IMG/VR virus record: IMGVR_UViG_3300027833_000035
Location: 8,896-72,895 of that record
Strand: one strand, 5' to 3'
Origin: a virus
DNA: 64,000 bases
Part shown: positions 46,682-57,800 of the stretch, piece after piece
Layout of the letters: each line of letters starts with the position of its first letter
How positions within the stretch are numbered: position 1 is the first letter of the stretch
The notes under the pieces: generated by a model
What the model saw: the letters and a program-made list of their open reading frames with translations, nothing else
What the model was told of the DNA's origin: nothing
Databases searched by the model: none
Translations under genes and position numbers: made by a program

Positions 46682-49600
46682 TTATTGACCTTTAATTTCG
46701 TCAACCTCATCTTTTAAATCTTTAATAGCTTCAACTAAAAGTCCAATTAACGAGGCGTATGCAACTGATTTAATCTTATCTTCAGTTTTATCTTCAATTA
46801 CAACCTCAGGAATAATTCTTTCAACTTCCTGAGCAATTAGACCAATTTTTCTAGTATCAGGATTTGTTTTCTTATTAAAATATACACCACGTAATTCTGT
46901 AACTTTTGAAAGCGCGTTATCAACAGTAATAACATTTTCTTTAAGTCTTTCATCAGAGTTAGTAGTAATATCACCGGTTGCAGTAAATTCACCAGTTGTT
47001 GTATCAAAAGTAAATACCGCAGTACCGCCAGCTCTTTCTTCAATTCTAATTGATGTCGCTGTGGTCGTATCAGCATCCATTAAGAATGCGCCAGTACCTG
47101 TTTCAAATCCAAGTTTCATTGCATTACCAGTACCGAAGCCCATATAGACGTCGTCAGGTAAATTCATATCAGATGTAATACCAGTAAGGTTGCCAGCGGT
47201 TAATGTACCACCAACAGTCATGTTGCCATTAACATCCATGTTTTCTAAACTAAGTTCATCATCACCAGATGTATAGAAGAAGTTTTGCTCACCACCTGGG
47301 TTAGGACCTAGTGTAGCCATCAATGGTCGTTGGTCTGCACCAGCTTCAAAGAATGGAATGAATAATGCAGTATCTTGTAATGGAGATGTGTGGATGTTTT
47401 GTAAGTTACCAACACCACCTTCGTTACCTGGGCCCTGTACACCTTGTAAACCTTGGAAACCGTAATCCCCTTGGATACCAGTAGTACCTTGTGAACCTTG
47501 AACACCTGCACCGATGGCACCTTGAAAACCTAAATTACCTTGTATACCTTGAGTACCTTGTGAACCCTGCGCACCAAATCCTATCGCGCCTTGTACACCT
47601 TGCCAACCGTTAAAGCCTTGAGCACCTTGGAAACCTTGAGTACCAGCTCCACCAACTGAGCCTGCTTCACCTTGAACACCTTGTTGTCCTTGGAAACCTT
47701 CATAACCTTGAATACCACCTTCGCCTGACTCACCAGAAATACCCTGTGGACCTGATGGACCGTTATTACCTTGGAGACCAGTATCACCGATACCAGCCGC
47801 ACCTTGGAAGCCCTGTACACCTTGTTGACCCGAACCATTTGGTCCTTGGAAACCTAATCCACCTTGGAAGCCTTGGAAACCATTACCACCTTGGGCACCT
47901 TGATTACCTTCACCAGCTGTACCTTGGTTACCACCAAATCCTTGGAAACCCTCAGATCCTTGGAAGCCTTGCATACCCTGTACGCCTTGAGTACCAAATC
48001 CAATTGGACCAGTACCACCTTGGATACCTTGAGCAGCTTGAGGACCTTGTGTACCTTGGAAACCATCGTTACCTTGGAAACCGGCAGCGCCTGGGGCTCC
48101 AACACCTTGAGTACCTTGGAAACCCTGCATACCTTGGAAGCCATCGCCACCTTGTAGTCCAAAGTCACCTTGTACACCTTGTGGACCTTCGCCACCAACT
48201 TCACCTTCGTCACCTTGTTCTCCGTCAGTACCTTGTGGACCGGTTGCTCCTTGGAAACCAGTAGCACCTTGAGCACCAATACCGTCTAAGCCTTGCAGGC
48301 CTTGTAAACCTTGTGTACCTTGAGCACCAACCGTACCAATTCCACCGTCTAAACCTTGAATACCAGTATCACCTTGGATACCAGTAGTACCTTGTAAACC
48401 AGTAGCACCGAGGTCACCAGTTCTTGCAAAGGTAATTACGACATCTTCTGCATCAGCAAAGGTTGTGACTGAACCGTTTACATATGAACAAATTATATTA
48501 AAATAACCTGCAACTTCCTGAACACTAGTAATAGTGAATACCGCGAAATTCTCTGGCGAACCATTTTGAGATATTTTAAAGTGACCTTTGATAGGGCTTG
48601 TTGAATCATCAATAGTTCTAAGGAACGGTTGAATGTCCGTAAAATTATCATCTCTATCATCCATATACAGGTTACCGGCAGAGCTGAACGAAGCATTATT
48701 AAACTTAAGTGTACCAACCCCTGGATCCGATGTAGCAGTATTTGTGCTAAACGTATAATCAAAAGTAACCCCACCGAACGAACCAGTTTGACCTTGAACA
48801 CCTGATCCACCTTGTAGACCATCAGTTCCTTGAGTACCTTGTGGACCAAGCAGCCCTGGGAAACCTTGAACACCTTGGAAGCCAAGATCGCCTTGGAAAC
48901 CGTCAGTACCTTGAATTGATTGTGGTCCTTGCGTACCTTGATTACCTAGTAATCCTTGAATACCCTGTACTCCTTGGACACCTTGAACTCCTTGAGTACC
49001 TTGAGGACCAAGATCAGAAGTAACAATAACTCCACCCATTGCAGCGTGGATAGTACATTGATAATAAAGAGATGCAGGAGCATCAAACGGTACTCGGAAT
49101 ACAATTAAACCAGTCGCTGATGCGTTACCTGTTACACCAGTATTATAAGCAGCTCCACCTTGAGCAACTCTAATTTCAAACGGGTGACCTGCAGCGCTTA
49201 CATCAAAGATATAAGTAAATCCACGGATAAGGTGAATTGTTGGATCAGCAACACCATCAATTAGGTAATCACTTGTTCCATTGTTTGTTACGATAAACGT
49301 ACGAGCGCCTTCTTGTCCTTGTAGACCTTGAGCACCTTGGATACCAGTAGTACCTTGAATTGATTGTGGTCCTTGAGTACCTTGCAGACCTTGTAAGCCT
49401 TGAGTACCCTGTAAACCTTGAACGCCTTGTACACCTTGAGTACCAGCTTCGCCGCGTGGTACAAAGTTAATTAATGTCTTAGCAGGGTGTAATGTATCAA
49501 TAACATCTGTTTGCCATGAATTATTTGGTAATCCATATGAGCCAACATAAGTAACGTCGAACCAACCAAATGTTTTTCCTACGCCATCCCATGTAAAGTT

Positions 49601-51382
49601 TGTAAATTCATATACAACTTGGTGGTGACCAGACGGACCATTACCATCGTCGAATGATTCAACAACGATTAAGCCTTTTGAACCTGAACCTTGTGGTATT
49701 GTTTGTAACCAATCAAATACTTCATCAACGTCGTTAGTATAATTATTTAAAGGAATATCATCAAGTGTTAAAACAGTAGCCAATGTAACATCAGCGTTGT
49801 TTATTTTCCATTTGCTAGTTCCTGGGAATGTTGAAGCAGTTGAGTTATTAAGGAAATCCCACTCATAAGTTAAACCACCGTAATGGCCAACCGCACCCTG
49901 CACTCCTTGAGTACCTTGGTCGCCTTGTGTACCTTGATAACCCTGTAGACCTTCGCCGCCTTGTAAACCTTGAATACCTTGAACAGACTGAGTACCTTGA
50001 ATACCCTGTACACCAACTCCGCCTTGTAGACCCTGTAAGCCTTGAATACCTTGAACAGATTGTGTACCCTGTATGCCTTGTAAACCTTGTGTTCCTTGGC
50101 TGCCTTGAATACCTTTTTGTCCTTGGATACCTTGAAAACCTTCAGTACCTTGAATTGATTGCGGACCTTGTACACCTTGGCTACCTAGTACGCCTTGAAT
50201 ACCTTGTGTTCCTTGAAGTCCTTGTAATCCTTGAGTACCTTGAATACCTTGATCGCCAGCTAAGCTAAACGCTACGAGAGTAGGAAGCATAGTTGTAGTG
50301 CCTACAGTCGGAGTATCAAGTTGAACAAAGTCACCTTTAACACCATCACCAGAAAGATAAGTAACATCTAATTCCCAATAACCCGTTCTATCTGTTGCGC
50401 CTGTAATTTGGAATATTACATAGTCGCTAGGGGTATTACGAAGAGTTACTTTCATAATTCCTTTATTATTAGTAGATACAGCCGCGATTGCAGTAAATAA
50501 ACCTTCTAAGTTTACACCGTAGAAAGCTTCATCGTCAATCCATATTTTTGTAACTGCGCTGAAATTATCTGTAGGTAAAGCTGCACCATTAAATATCATA
50601 TCGCCTGTGCCCGGATCGGCTTCTACGATAGGATCTGTAAGTCTGTATTCTACTACATGGCCAGCATCATCACCGCTAAAGCCTTGGAAACCTAAGTCAC
50701 CTTGGATACCAGTAGTACCTTGAATTGATTGTGGTCCTTGCGTACCTTGATTACCTAATAACCCTTGGACGCCTTGTGTACCTTGAGTACCCTGCGTGCC
50801 TTGTGGACCTTGGACGCCTTGGTTACCTTGAATACCCTGCATACCTTGAATACCGGTATCACCTTGTACACCCTGAGTACCTTGGTAACCGCGGAAACCA
50901 CGTGAACCTTGGATACCTTCATCACCGATTGTACCTTGAGTTCCCTGTAAACCTTGGTTACCATCAAAACCTTGTACACCACGGAATGAACCAACGTTAA
51001 CCCATACCGCACCGTCATAAACCCATAACTCATCATCGGCGTTATCAATAACACCTTGACCAACTACGGCTGAAGGGAATGCTGTATTAAGAGTAGCTTG
51101 TTGATCGCCACCTGTGTCAACATCAGTGACAGAACCAATAACGTTAAACCCTGGGCCGTATGTACCTTGAGTACCCTGCGCGCCCTCATCACCTTGAAGT
51201 CCTGTTGTACCTTGAATTCCTGCACCAACTGCGTTCCATGCTGTACCATTAGAAACATAAATTAACCCGTCGGAACCATAAGCAATGGCACCTTTGTACG
51301 GGGCTGGATCTAATTGAATAGGGACTGCTTGAGGCGTACCCTTTCCAATTATTCGTGAACCGCTAATTGATTTGAAAGCCAT
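46682..51382 (-). CDS. Collagen-like tail fibre with a C-terminal peptidase S74 intramolecular chaperone
   Basis: Several long (Gly-X-Gln)n tracts separated by globular domains; C-terminal SDERLKENV...IGLIAQEVE..IPEVV...SVAY..L..LLVEAIKDL. Confidence 0.88.
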   Translation of the reverse strand: MAFKSISGSRIIGKGTPQAVPIQLDPAPYKGAIAYGSDGLIYVSNGTAWNAVGAGIQGTTGLQGDEGAQGTQGTYGPGFNVIGSVTDVDTGGDQQATLNTAFPSAVVGQGVIDNADDELWVYDGAVWVNVGSFRGVQGFDGNQGLQGTQGTIGDEGIQGSRGFRGYQGTQGVQGDTGIQGMQGIQGNQGVQGPQGTQGTQGTQGVQGLLGNQGTQGPQSIQGTTGIQGDLGFQGFSGDDAGHVVEYRLTDPIVEADPGTGDMIFNGAALPTDNFSAVTKIWIDDEAFYGVNLEGLFTAIAAVSTNNKGIMKVTLRNTPSDYVIFQITGATDRTGYWELDVTYLSGDGVKGDFVQLDTPTVGTTTMLPTLVAFSLAGDQGIQGTQGLQGLQGTQGIQGVLGSQGVQGPQSIQGTEGFQGIQGQKGIQGSQGTQGLQGIQGTQSVQGIQGLQGLQGGVGVQGIQGTQSVQGIQGLQGGEGLQGYQGTQGDQGTQGVQGAVGHYGGLTYEWDFLNNSTASTFPGTSKWKINNADVTLATVLTLDDIPLNNYTNDVDEVFDWLQTIPQGSGSKGLIVVESFDDGNGPSGHHQVVYEFTNFTWDGVGKTFGWFDVTYVGSYGLPNNSWQTDVIDTLHPAKTLINFVPRGEAGTQGVQGVQGLQGTQGLQGLQGTQGPQSIQGTTGIQGAQGLQGQEGARTFIVTNNGTSDYLIDGVADPTIHLIRGFTYIFDVSAAGHPFEIRVAQGGAAYNTGVTGNASATGLIVFRVPFDAPASLYYQCTIHAAMGGVIVTSDLGPQGTQGVQGVQGVQGIQGLLGNQGTQGPQSIQGTDGFQGDLGFQGVQGFPGLLGPQGTQGTDGLQGGSGVQGQTGSFGGVTFDYTFSTNTATSDPGVGTLKFNNASFSSAGNLYMDDRDDNFTDIQPFLRTIDDSTSPIKGHFKISQNGSPENFAVFTITSVQEVAGYFNIICSYVNGSVTTFADAEDVVITFARTGDLGATGLQGTTGIQGDTGIQGLDGGIGTVGAQGTQGLQGLQGLDGIGAQGATGFQGATGPQGTDGEQGDEGEVGGEGPQGVQGDFGLQGGDGFQGMQGFQGTQGVGAPGAAGFQGNDGFQGTQGPQAAQGIQGGTGPIGFGTQGVQGMQGFQGSEGFQGFGGNQGTAGEGNQGAQGGNGFQGFQGGLGFQGPNGSGQQGVQGFQGAAGIGDTGLQGNNGPSGPQGISGESGEGGIQGYEGFQGQQGVQGEAGSVGGAGTQGFQGAQGFNGWQGVQGAIGFGAQGSQGTQGIQGNLGFQGAIGAGVQGSQGTTGIQGDYGFQGLQGVQGPGNEGGVGNLQNIHTSPLQDTALFIPFFEAGADQRPLMATLGPNPGGEQNFFYTSGDDELSLENMDVNGNMTVGGTLTAGNLTGITSDMNLPDDVYMGFGTGNAMKLGFETGTGAFLMDADTTTATSIRIEERAGGTAVFTFDTTTGEFTATGDITTNSDERLKENVITVDNALSKVTELRGVYFNKKTNPDTRKIGLIAQEVERIIPEVVIEDKTEDKIKSVAYASLIGLLVEAIKDLKDEVDEIKGQ

Positions 51383-51804
51383 TATACATCATCCTCCTCG
51401 GATTGACCAAGTGTGAAGGATAACGTAGCGTGTACTGCTAAGTTTGTATCGCATTTTAGTTCTAATAAATCACCTGACTTAAAGAACTGGCCATTAAGTG
51501 GTAATGGAATAGTATCATATCCCGGGATTTGCAAATTCCTAATTAAATAAAATTCTGCGTTAACATCTTCTCTATGTACCCTTACATCAGCGTTAACTGT
51601 GTTTGCTGTAATGTTACATAAAATGAGTGGTGAAATAACTTCGCCGACGCCCGGTTCTACTGTTGTTGAACCACCGAAGACTAGCTCCGGTACTTCATAG
51701 TTTGGTACCTCAATCATTGTCTGCCAGTTGGTTGTCAATGTAAAGGATTTGGCGACCGGCTTCGCGTCGGGTGCCTGTGTTGTTGCTATTGTGTAAATTG
51801 TCAT
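51382..51804 (-). CDS. Hypothetical virion-associated protein
   Basis: 140-aa ORF coupled by TAATG overlaps to the giant genes on both sides. Confidence 0.7.
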   Translation of the reverse strand: MTIYTIATTQAPDAKPVAKSFTLTTNWQTMIEVPNYEVPELVFGGSTTVEPGVGEVISPLILCNITANTVNADVRVHREDVNAEFYLIRNLQIPGYDTIPLPLNGQFFKSGDLLELKCDTNLAVHATLSFTLGQSEEDDV

Positions 51805-54800
51805 TATAGAGCTGCCCTACTGTTCGATGCACGTCTTGCAAGTTTTCTAACTGATGAAGTGAATGGTCGACCTTCAATTCGACCTGTTCTACCGTTAATC
51901 TTTAGACCTCTTGCGAAGTACTGGTTATTTAATTCGTCTGATCCTGACCATCTAATTCTACCACCACCTTCTGATAATACAGAGGCATTAGCACCAATTG
52001 CCGCGCCAACGTTTCTGAAGTTCAGAGGTAAGGCGTTTCTGTTAACACCTGCCGAAGCACCGTTAAACTGGTGAGCAATGGACTCAACGAGCGATCCGAA
52101 GACTAAGAAGTCTGGTCGAATAACACTTTCTGTAATAAGATTGTCTATCAATTCAGTTACCATTGTTGAGTGATCCACATCAGGAGCGATATTGTTATTT
52201 ATATAAGTTTTCATACGTGACCAAGCACCTGTGAATGAGTCAAGTAAATCAGTATTGTTAGCACCGACGTTGTTCCAAACTGCTGCGCCGTCATATACGT
52301 AAATGTTACCTGTGTAACGATTTGCATTTGGATCTGTTGAAACAATACGAGTATCCCATTTCTTAGAAGTCGCGTTAAGCGCCGCTAATGCAGGTACGTT
52401 ATTAACTGTACCTTTAAATCGTAATCTTCTCCAATCAACATATGATTCTGGTGGATTGAATACTGGGAATACGTGTTGTGCGTCAATATTAAACAATGCG
52501 CCAACGAAGGATCGTGATGCTTTATCGGAACCAACAGTTCCAACAACCGGATCAATAACTCTACCTTTGAAATCGTTCATAAGAACTTTAATGAGGTTAC
52601 CACCGTCACGATATGTTTTCGGTAAGTCAATAAACTTATATTCAGAAGTAATAAATCGTTGTACTTCTCTTTGTAATTTGTTTCTGTTATTGTTAAGGAT
52701 ATCCTTAGCAAAGTTGAATGTTTTATCAGTTTCCCATTCGAAGTTAGGCTCTTCTTTTGGTCCAAGTGATTTTGGTGTGTTATAGAACATTACGTTATGT
52801 AATATGTCACCAAGTCTTATTGCTTGAGCCTCTTGAGTAGTTGTACCTAATTCAGAACGTATAGCTTGATTTGGTAACTTACCAATAACAACTTGGCTTA
52901 CAATTTTACCAAGTTGACGATATGCTTTTGCTGTTGCGACTCTTGTATCCTCAGGAATACGTAATTCGTTATTCCAATAATAGAAGTCTGCGTTCCAATG
53001 AGTAGCTAAGTTACCACCATAGTTAAGATCCCAAGACATCGCATCAATAATATACCCTGCGTCTCTGCGACACTTAGCTTTAGAGTAATCAATAATTGTA
53101 AATGTATCTTTAAGGAATTTAGTAACATCATCTGCAAGTTCGTCAAGGTTATCATCAATAATTTTTGAAGCTTCGATTTTACCAGCATCAACCCAGCTTG
53201 TGTTAGGTTCAATAATATCTGGTAGACCGTCAATGTTATCTCTTCTGATTGCGTCTTCAACGATACGAACTAGATCAGCAACCTCTTCACCTTCAACTGA
53301 TGTTGCGGCAGTGATTGATGTATCTTGTGTTGTCCAAGTTCTAACTGCTTTCTTCAATCCGCCTTCAATTGCACTTACGAATGTATGAGCACCTGAGTAT
53401 GTAGCCGCTGCGCCAACCCACATTGTAATTACGTTACCTTCAACGTAAAGGACTGGACAAGGAACATCGTAATATGGATGATGTGCCTCAGGTACCGCGT
53501 GGTCAGTTGGACCTGCGCCAGTATCACATGAGAATGTAAAGCTTTCAGGTTCAAACGATACATAATCACCAATTTCTAAACCGTGATCAGCATCAATAGT
53601 TGCAGTAAAGTAACCTGTGTCAGCATCATATGTTGCATCAGTTGAAGTAAATCCTCTCTGATATGCAGTCTCATTTTGAACTACTGATTTAACAACGCCG
53701 GCCATCTCTGTAAAGAAGTGAGCAGTCTGTTGTCTTTGGTCAGCTGGTAATATTGAATGAGCGCCTTCGAAGTATAGACCTGCAGTCATTATCATCGCGT
53801 AGTTAGTTGTATAGTTAACATCGTGTGATATAGCATCAATCATTACACCAACATCTCTACGACATTTCTCTTTTGAGTATGATATGCCATTATATTCATT
53901 AGCAATATGGATCTGTAAATCCTTAGCCATTTGAATTGAGTTATCATCAACTGCGCCTTTAGCAACCATTAAATCATCTTGTACCCAAGTAATATCTGGA
54001 TCAATCCTTGATGGAATATTTGCTGGGCTATTATCATCTGCGACTTTTGCCAACATCGTTGCTAATGATTTTGCTTCATCTGCAATTGTACGTCTAGCAG
54101 CTCTAAATTTCATCTCTTGTCTAACAGTGTTACCAGTGATATGAGTGATTGAATTTAATGTTGAACTTACGAATGTATGAGCACCGCCACCTTTACCGTA
54201 TGGAACCTTACCAACATTCATAGTGATTGTTGTACCAGTCCTAGACAGAATTTTCATTGGTGCGTTATAATATGGATCACCTGATTGTGGGCTTGGGTGT
54301 AATGCAATATCACCATCCATAGAACATGTAAAGTTAATACTCTCTGGTGCAATCATTACATAATCGCCAACTTTAAGATTGTGGTTCGCCATAGTTGCAG
54401 TGAATACGCCTGTATCAGGATCGTATGTTGCAGTCGATGGTGTAAACTTACGACCTTCTTTACGTGGTACCATTTCGTTACGAGTTACCCAACGAACTAC
54501 TTTACCAAGATATTCAAACGCTTCTCTAGTTGATTGACGTTGGTCAATTGGTAGAATATTTACCGCATTTTTGAAGTAAAGTTCAGCAGTACCATGCATT
54601 GCAGAGTTACCACCATATTGAATATCGTGTGAAATTGCATCAACAATATAACCTGTATCTCTTCTGCATCGTGCTTCATCGTACTCAAGGTAATCAAAGT
54701 TATCTCTTAGGTATTGAGTAATCGTACCTTGTAGATTATCTTTACGTCCTGCAATCAATGTAGCTTCTGGATCGTATAAGTAGTTTTCAGCGCCAACAGT

Positions 54801-57800
54801 ATTTGTAGCAATTTCAGAAACATCAGGCATATTGATTAATGAGTCGTCAGCAATTAAGTCTCCAACTATTTTCCATAGTGATGTGATATGCTGCGCGATT
54901 GGAACAGTAACTACGCCGAATGAGGTATTTTGAGTAACGGTATTACCAGCTGATCGACCTACTGTTTGTTTCAGAACAATTTGACTTGCTACGGCACTTA
55001 AGTGGGTATATAATGCAGCGGTTGGTGCCCTTTGAGCTGAACTCAATGTGGACAGACCATTCTCAAAATATAGTTTAGCGACATCAAGCATTGCAGTATT
55101 TGACTCATGTTGAGTATCATATGATACCGCGTCAACCATAATACCTGTGTCACGTTTACATTTATTTACATCATATGATAATCCGCCATAGTTTGCGTTG
55201 ACCCATGCTGTTGCTTCTTCTTTTAAGAATTCTCTATTAAGTTGAAGCGCTTCACGAGCAAATACGTGGTTATCAGAAATTTGACCAGCACCGTAGTTAT
55301 AGTTTGTACCATCTGGTGTGTAATCATTAATCATAGATGTAATAATGTTATTGAAGGAATCCTGAGTTCTAGTAAGTGCTACACCGGAAAGCTGTGCTTC
55401 GATGTCTTTTTGTACATATCTGATTCCTTCAATTGTTTCGGCAAGTTGGTCCTCAATAACCTTATCAGCACCTACTGTACCAATACGATATGATTTACCG
55501 ATATACTTACCATTGTATGTTGAACCTGTTTGAACATCTCTTCTAACCGCATCGATAATGAAGCCTGCGTCTCTAGCACATTTTGCTTCATCGAATGTAT
55601 AGTTATTATCTCGTACGAATTGAATAAGCTCTTCTTGGATAAACGTTCTGTTCCATTGTAGAGATTTACGTGCGAATGTTCTAGCAGGATCTGCTTTTGG
55701 TTTAGTTAATAAGTTCTCCGTAGGCAGTGGCTTAGGAGTTCTTTGACTAATATCTAATGAACCTCTGTAATCTGGGATTACCAATCTATCGTCAACAATA
55801 TTTGCTATAACCATTGCTAGGTCAGATGCGATAGTTCCTGTTGCAGTATCAGCAGCTTGTAGTGATACGTTTTGGTATAGAAGGTTACCATTAATTTCTG
55901 AGATACCATCAGCTAATGCAGATACGAATGTATGAGCACCAGTATATGCTCCAGCATTACCTACCCACAATGTAATCGTTGTTGCATCAGCACCAATAAT
56001 TGGACACGCTTTGTTAAAGAAGCGATGATGTGCTTCAGGGCTTGCGTGGTTAGTTGGACCGGAACCAGTATCACAAGAGAATGTAATTGCATTTGGCTTG
56101 AACCAAACGTGATCGGCTGTTGTTAATGTGTGAGTACCGATGGTAGCAACCATGATACCTGTAACAGGATCGTATGTTGCGCCAGTTGGAGTAAATCTTG
56201 CTCCAAAGATTGGATCTTGTACTTCGTTTTTAACAACCTTTTGCATTACACTCGCTAGGTGAGTAAATGCTAATCTTGTTGGTTCTCTCTGATATTGTGG
56301 TAATACGTTAATAGCACCTTCAAAGTAATATCTTGCGTTGAATATTGTAGCAGAGTCTCCGCCATATTCTAAGTCTTCTGAAATCGCGTCAACAATGTAA
56401 CCCGTATCTCTTGGGCATTTCTCTAAGCTATATGCTAAGCCATTATATGTGTCTGCGATATATTCATTGATTTCAGTTTGATACTTAACAGCTTGACCTT
56501 TGATTGACTCAAACTCTGCGCCTAATGTATAGTTTGCAGTGAAAGTATCAAATGCTGGTTCAACAATCGCTGGGATTGTACCATCATTTTCTCTGATAAC
56601 ACCACCAACATCTGCGAATAATTTTTCAGCGTGTTGAGCAACTGCAGGTTTAATGGATCTTCTAACACCGTCAGCTAATGCGCTTACGAATGAGTGGGCT
56701 TTATCAACTCTAGCTTCACCAACTTGTAATGTAATAGTTGTTGGAGTAACTGAGTCAATTCTAACTGGTTTGTTGTAAATTGGATCAGTTGGTCTAGGGT
56801 GTGATATGTTAATTGGTGTGGCATCAGTTGGTGATGTTGGGCAAGATAGTGTAATTGCATTCTCTGCAAAGATTACATAATCTCTTTCAGTAAATGAGTG
56901 AGTACCCAATGTCATTGTCATAACACCAGAGTTATGATTGTATGCAACGTTTGTTGGTGTATAAGCCTCTGCCATATTTGCTACATTAACCGCATCAGCA
57001 GTAACCGATACGAATGTATGTACAGTTTGTGGCTCATGTTTCATTGCATTGGCTGTTGCACTTACGAATGTATGTACTGAACCTGACGCACTTCCTGCAT
57101 CACCAACATTGAATGTCATTGTACCAGTTTGACGTCTGATTGAATTAGCCGTCGCGCTTACAAATATATGAGCACCATTATATGGTGATGGTCCAACATT
57201 TAATTTGAATGTATCAGTTGTAACATCTGAGATTTCCAACCAACGGTTAGAAGCGAAATCAGTAGCTCTTGGATAACCTTTTTCAACCGTGTTACCATCA
57301 AGTACGCATGTATATACTAATCCGTAATCAGCGATCATTACATAATCACCATTACTAAATCCGTGACCAGCTACTGTGATTGTTGTATCACCACTTGATG
57401 GGCTATGAACCGCGTTTGTTGGAGTATGTTGAGTTTCACCAACTGCAGTAATTGATAATGATTTACCAGTTAATGGATCTCCAACTCTTGGATATGTATG
57501 TTGAGTTGCGTTACCATCTTGGTCACAAGTGAATGTAAAAGAGTTATCTTCTAAAACAATACCGTTACCAACTCTTAAACCATGTTGACCAACATTAACA
57601 ATCATTACACCTGATGCCGCATCATAGTTAGCAGACGTTGGTGTGAAGTATTTGTTAGGACCTGATGCCGCGGCGTCTAGTGTAACTGTATTTGCACTTA
57701 CTTCTTTAACCAAGTATGTTTTCAATGCGTATGGATCAAGTCCTGCACGAGGATATGTTTTCGCAGCATCGTCACCGTCCATTGTACATGTAAACGTAAA

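Noticed and set aside
47430-51220. Dense accttg repeats and overlapping alternative ORFs (e.g. 47746-48264, 47854-48279)
   Set aside because: These are by-products of Gly-X-Gln collagen codons in other frames.
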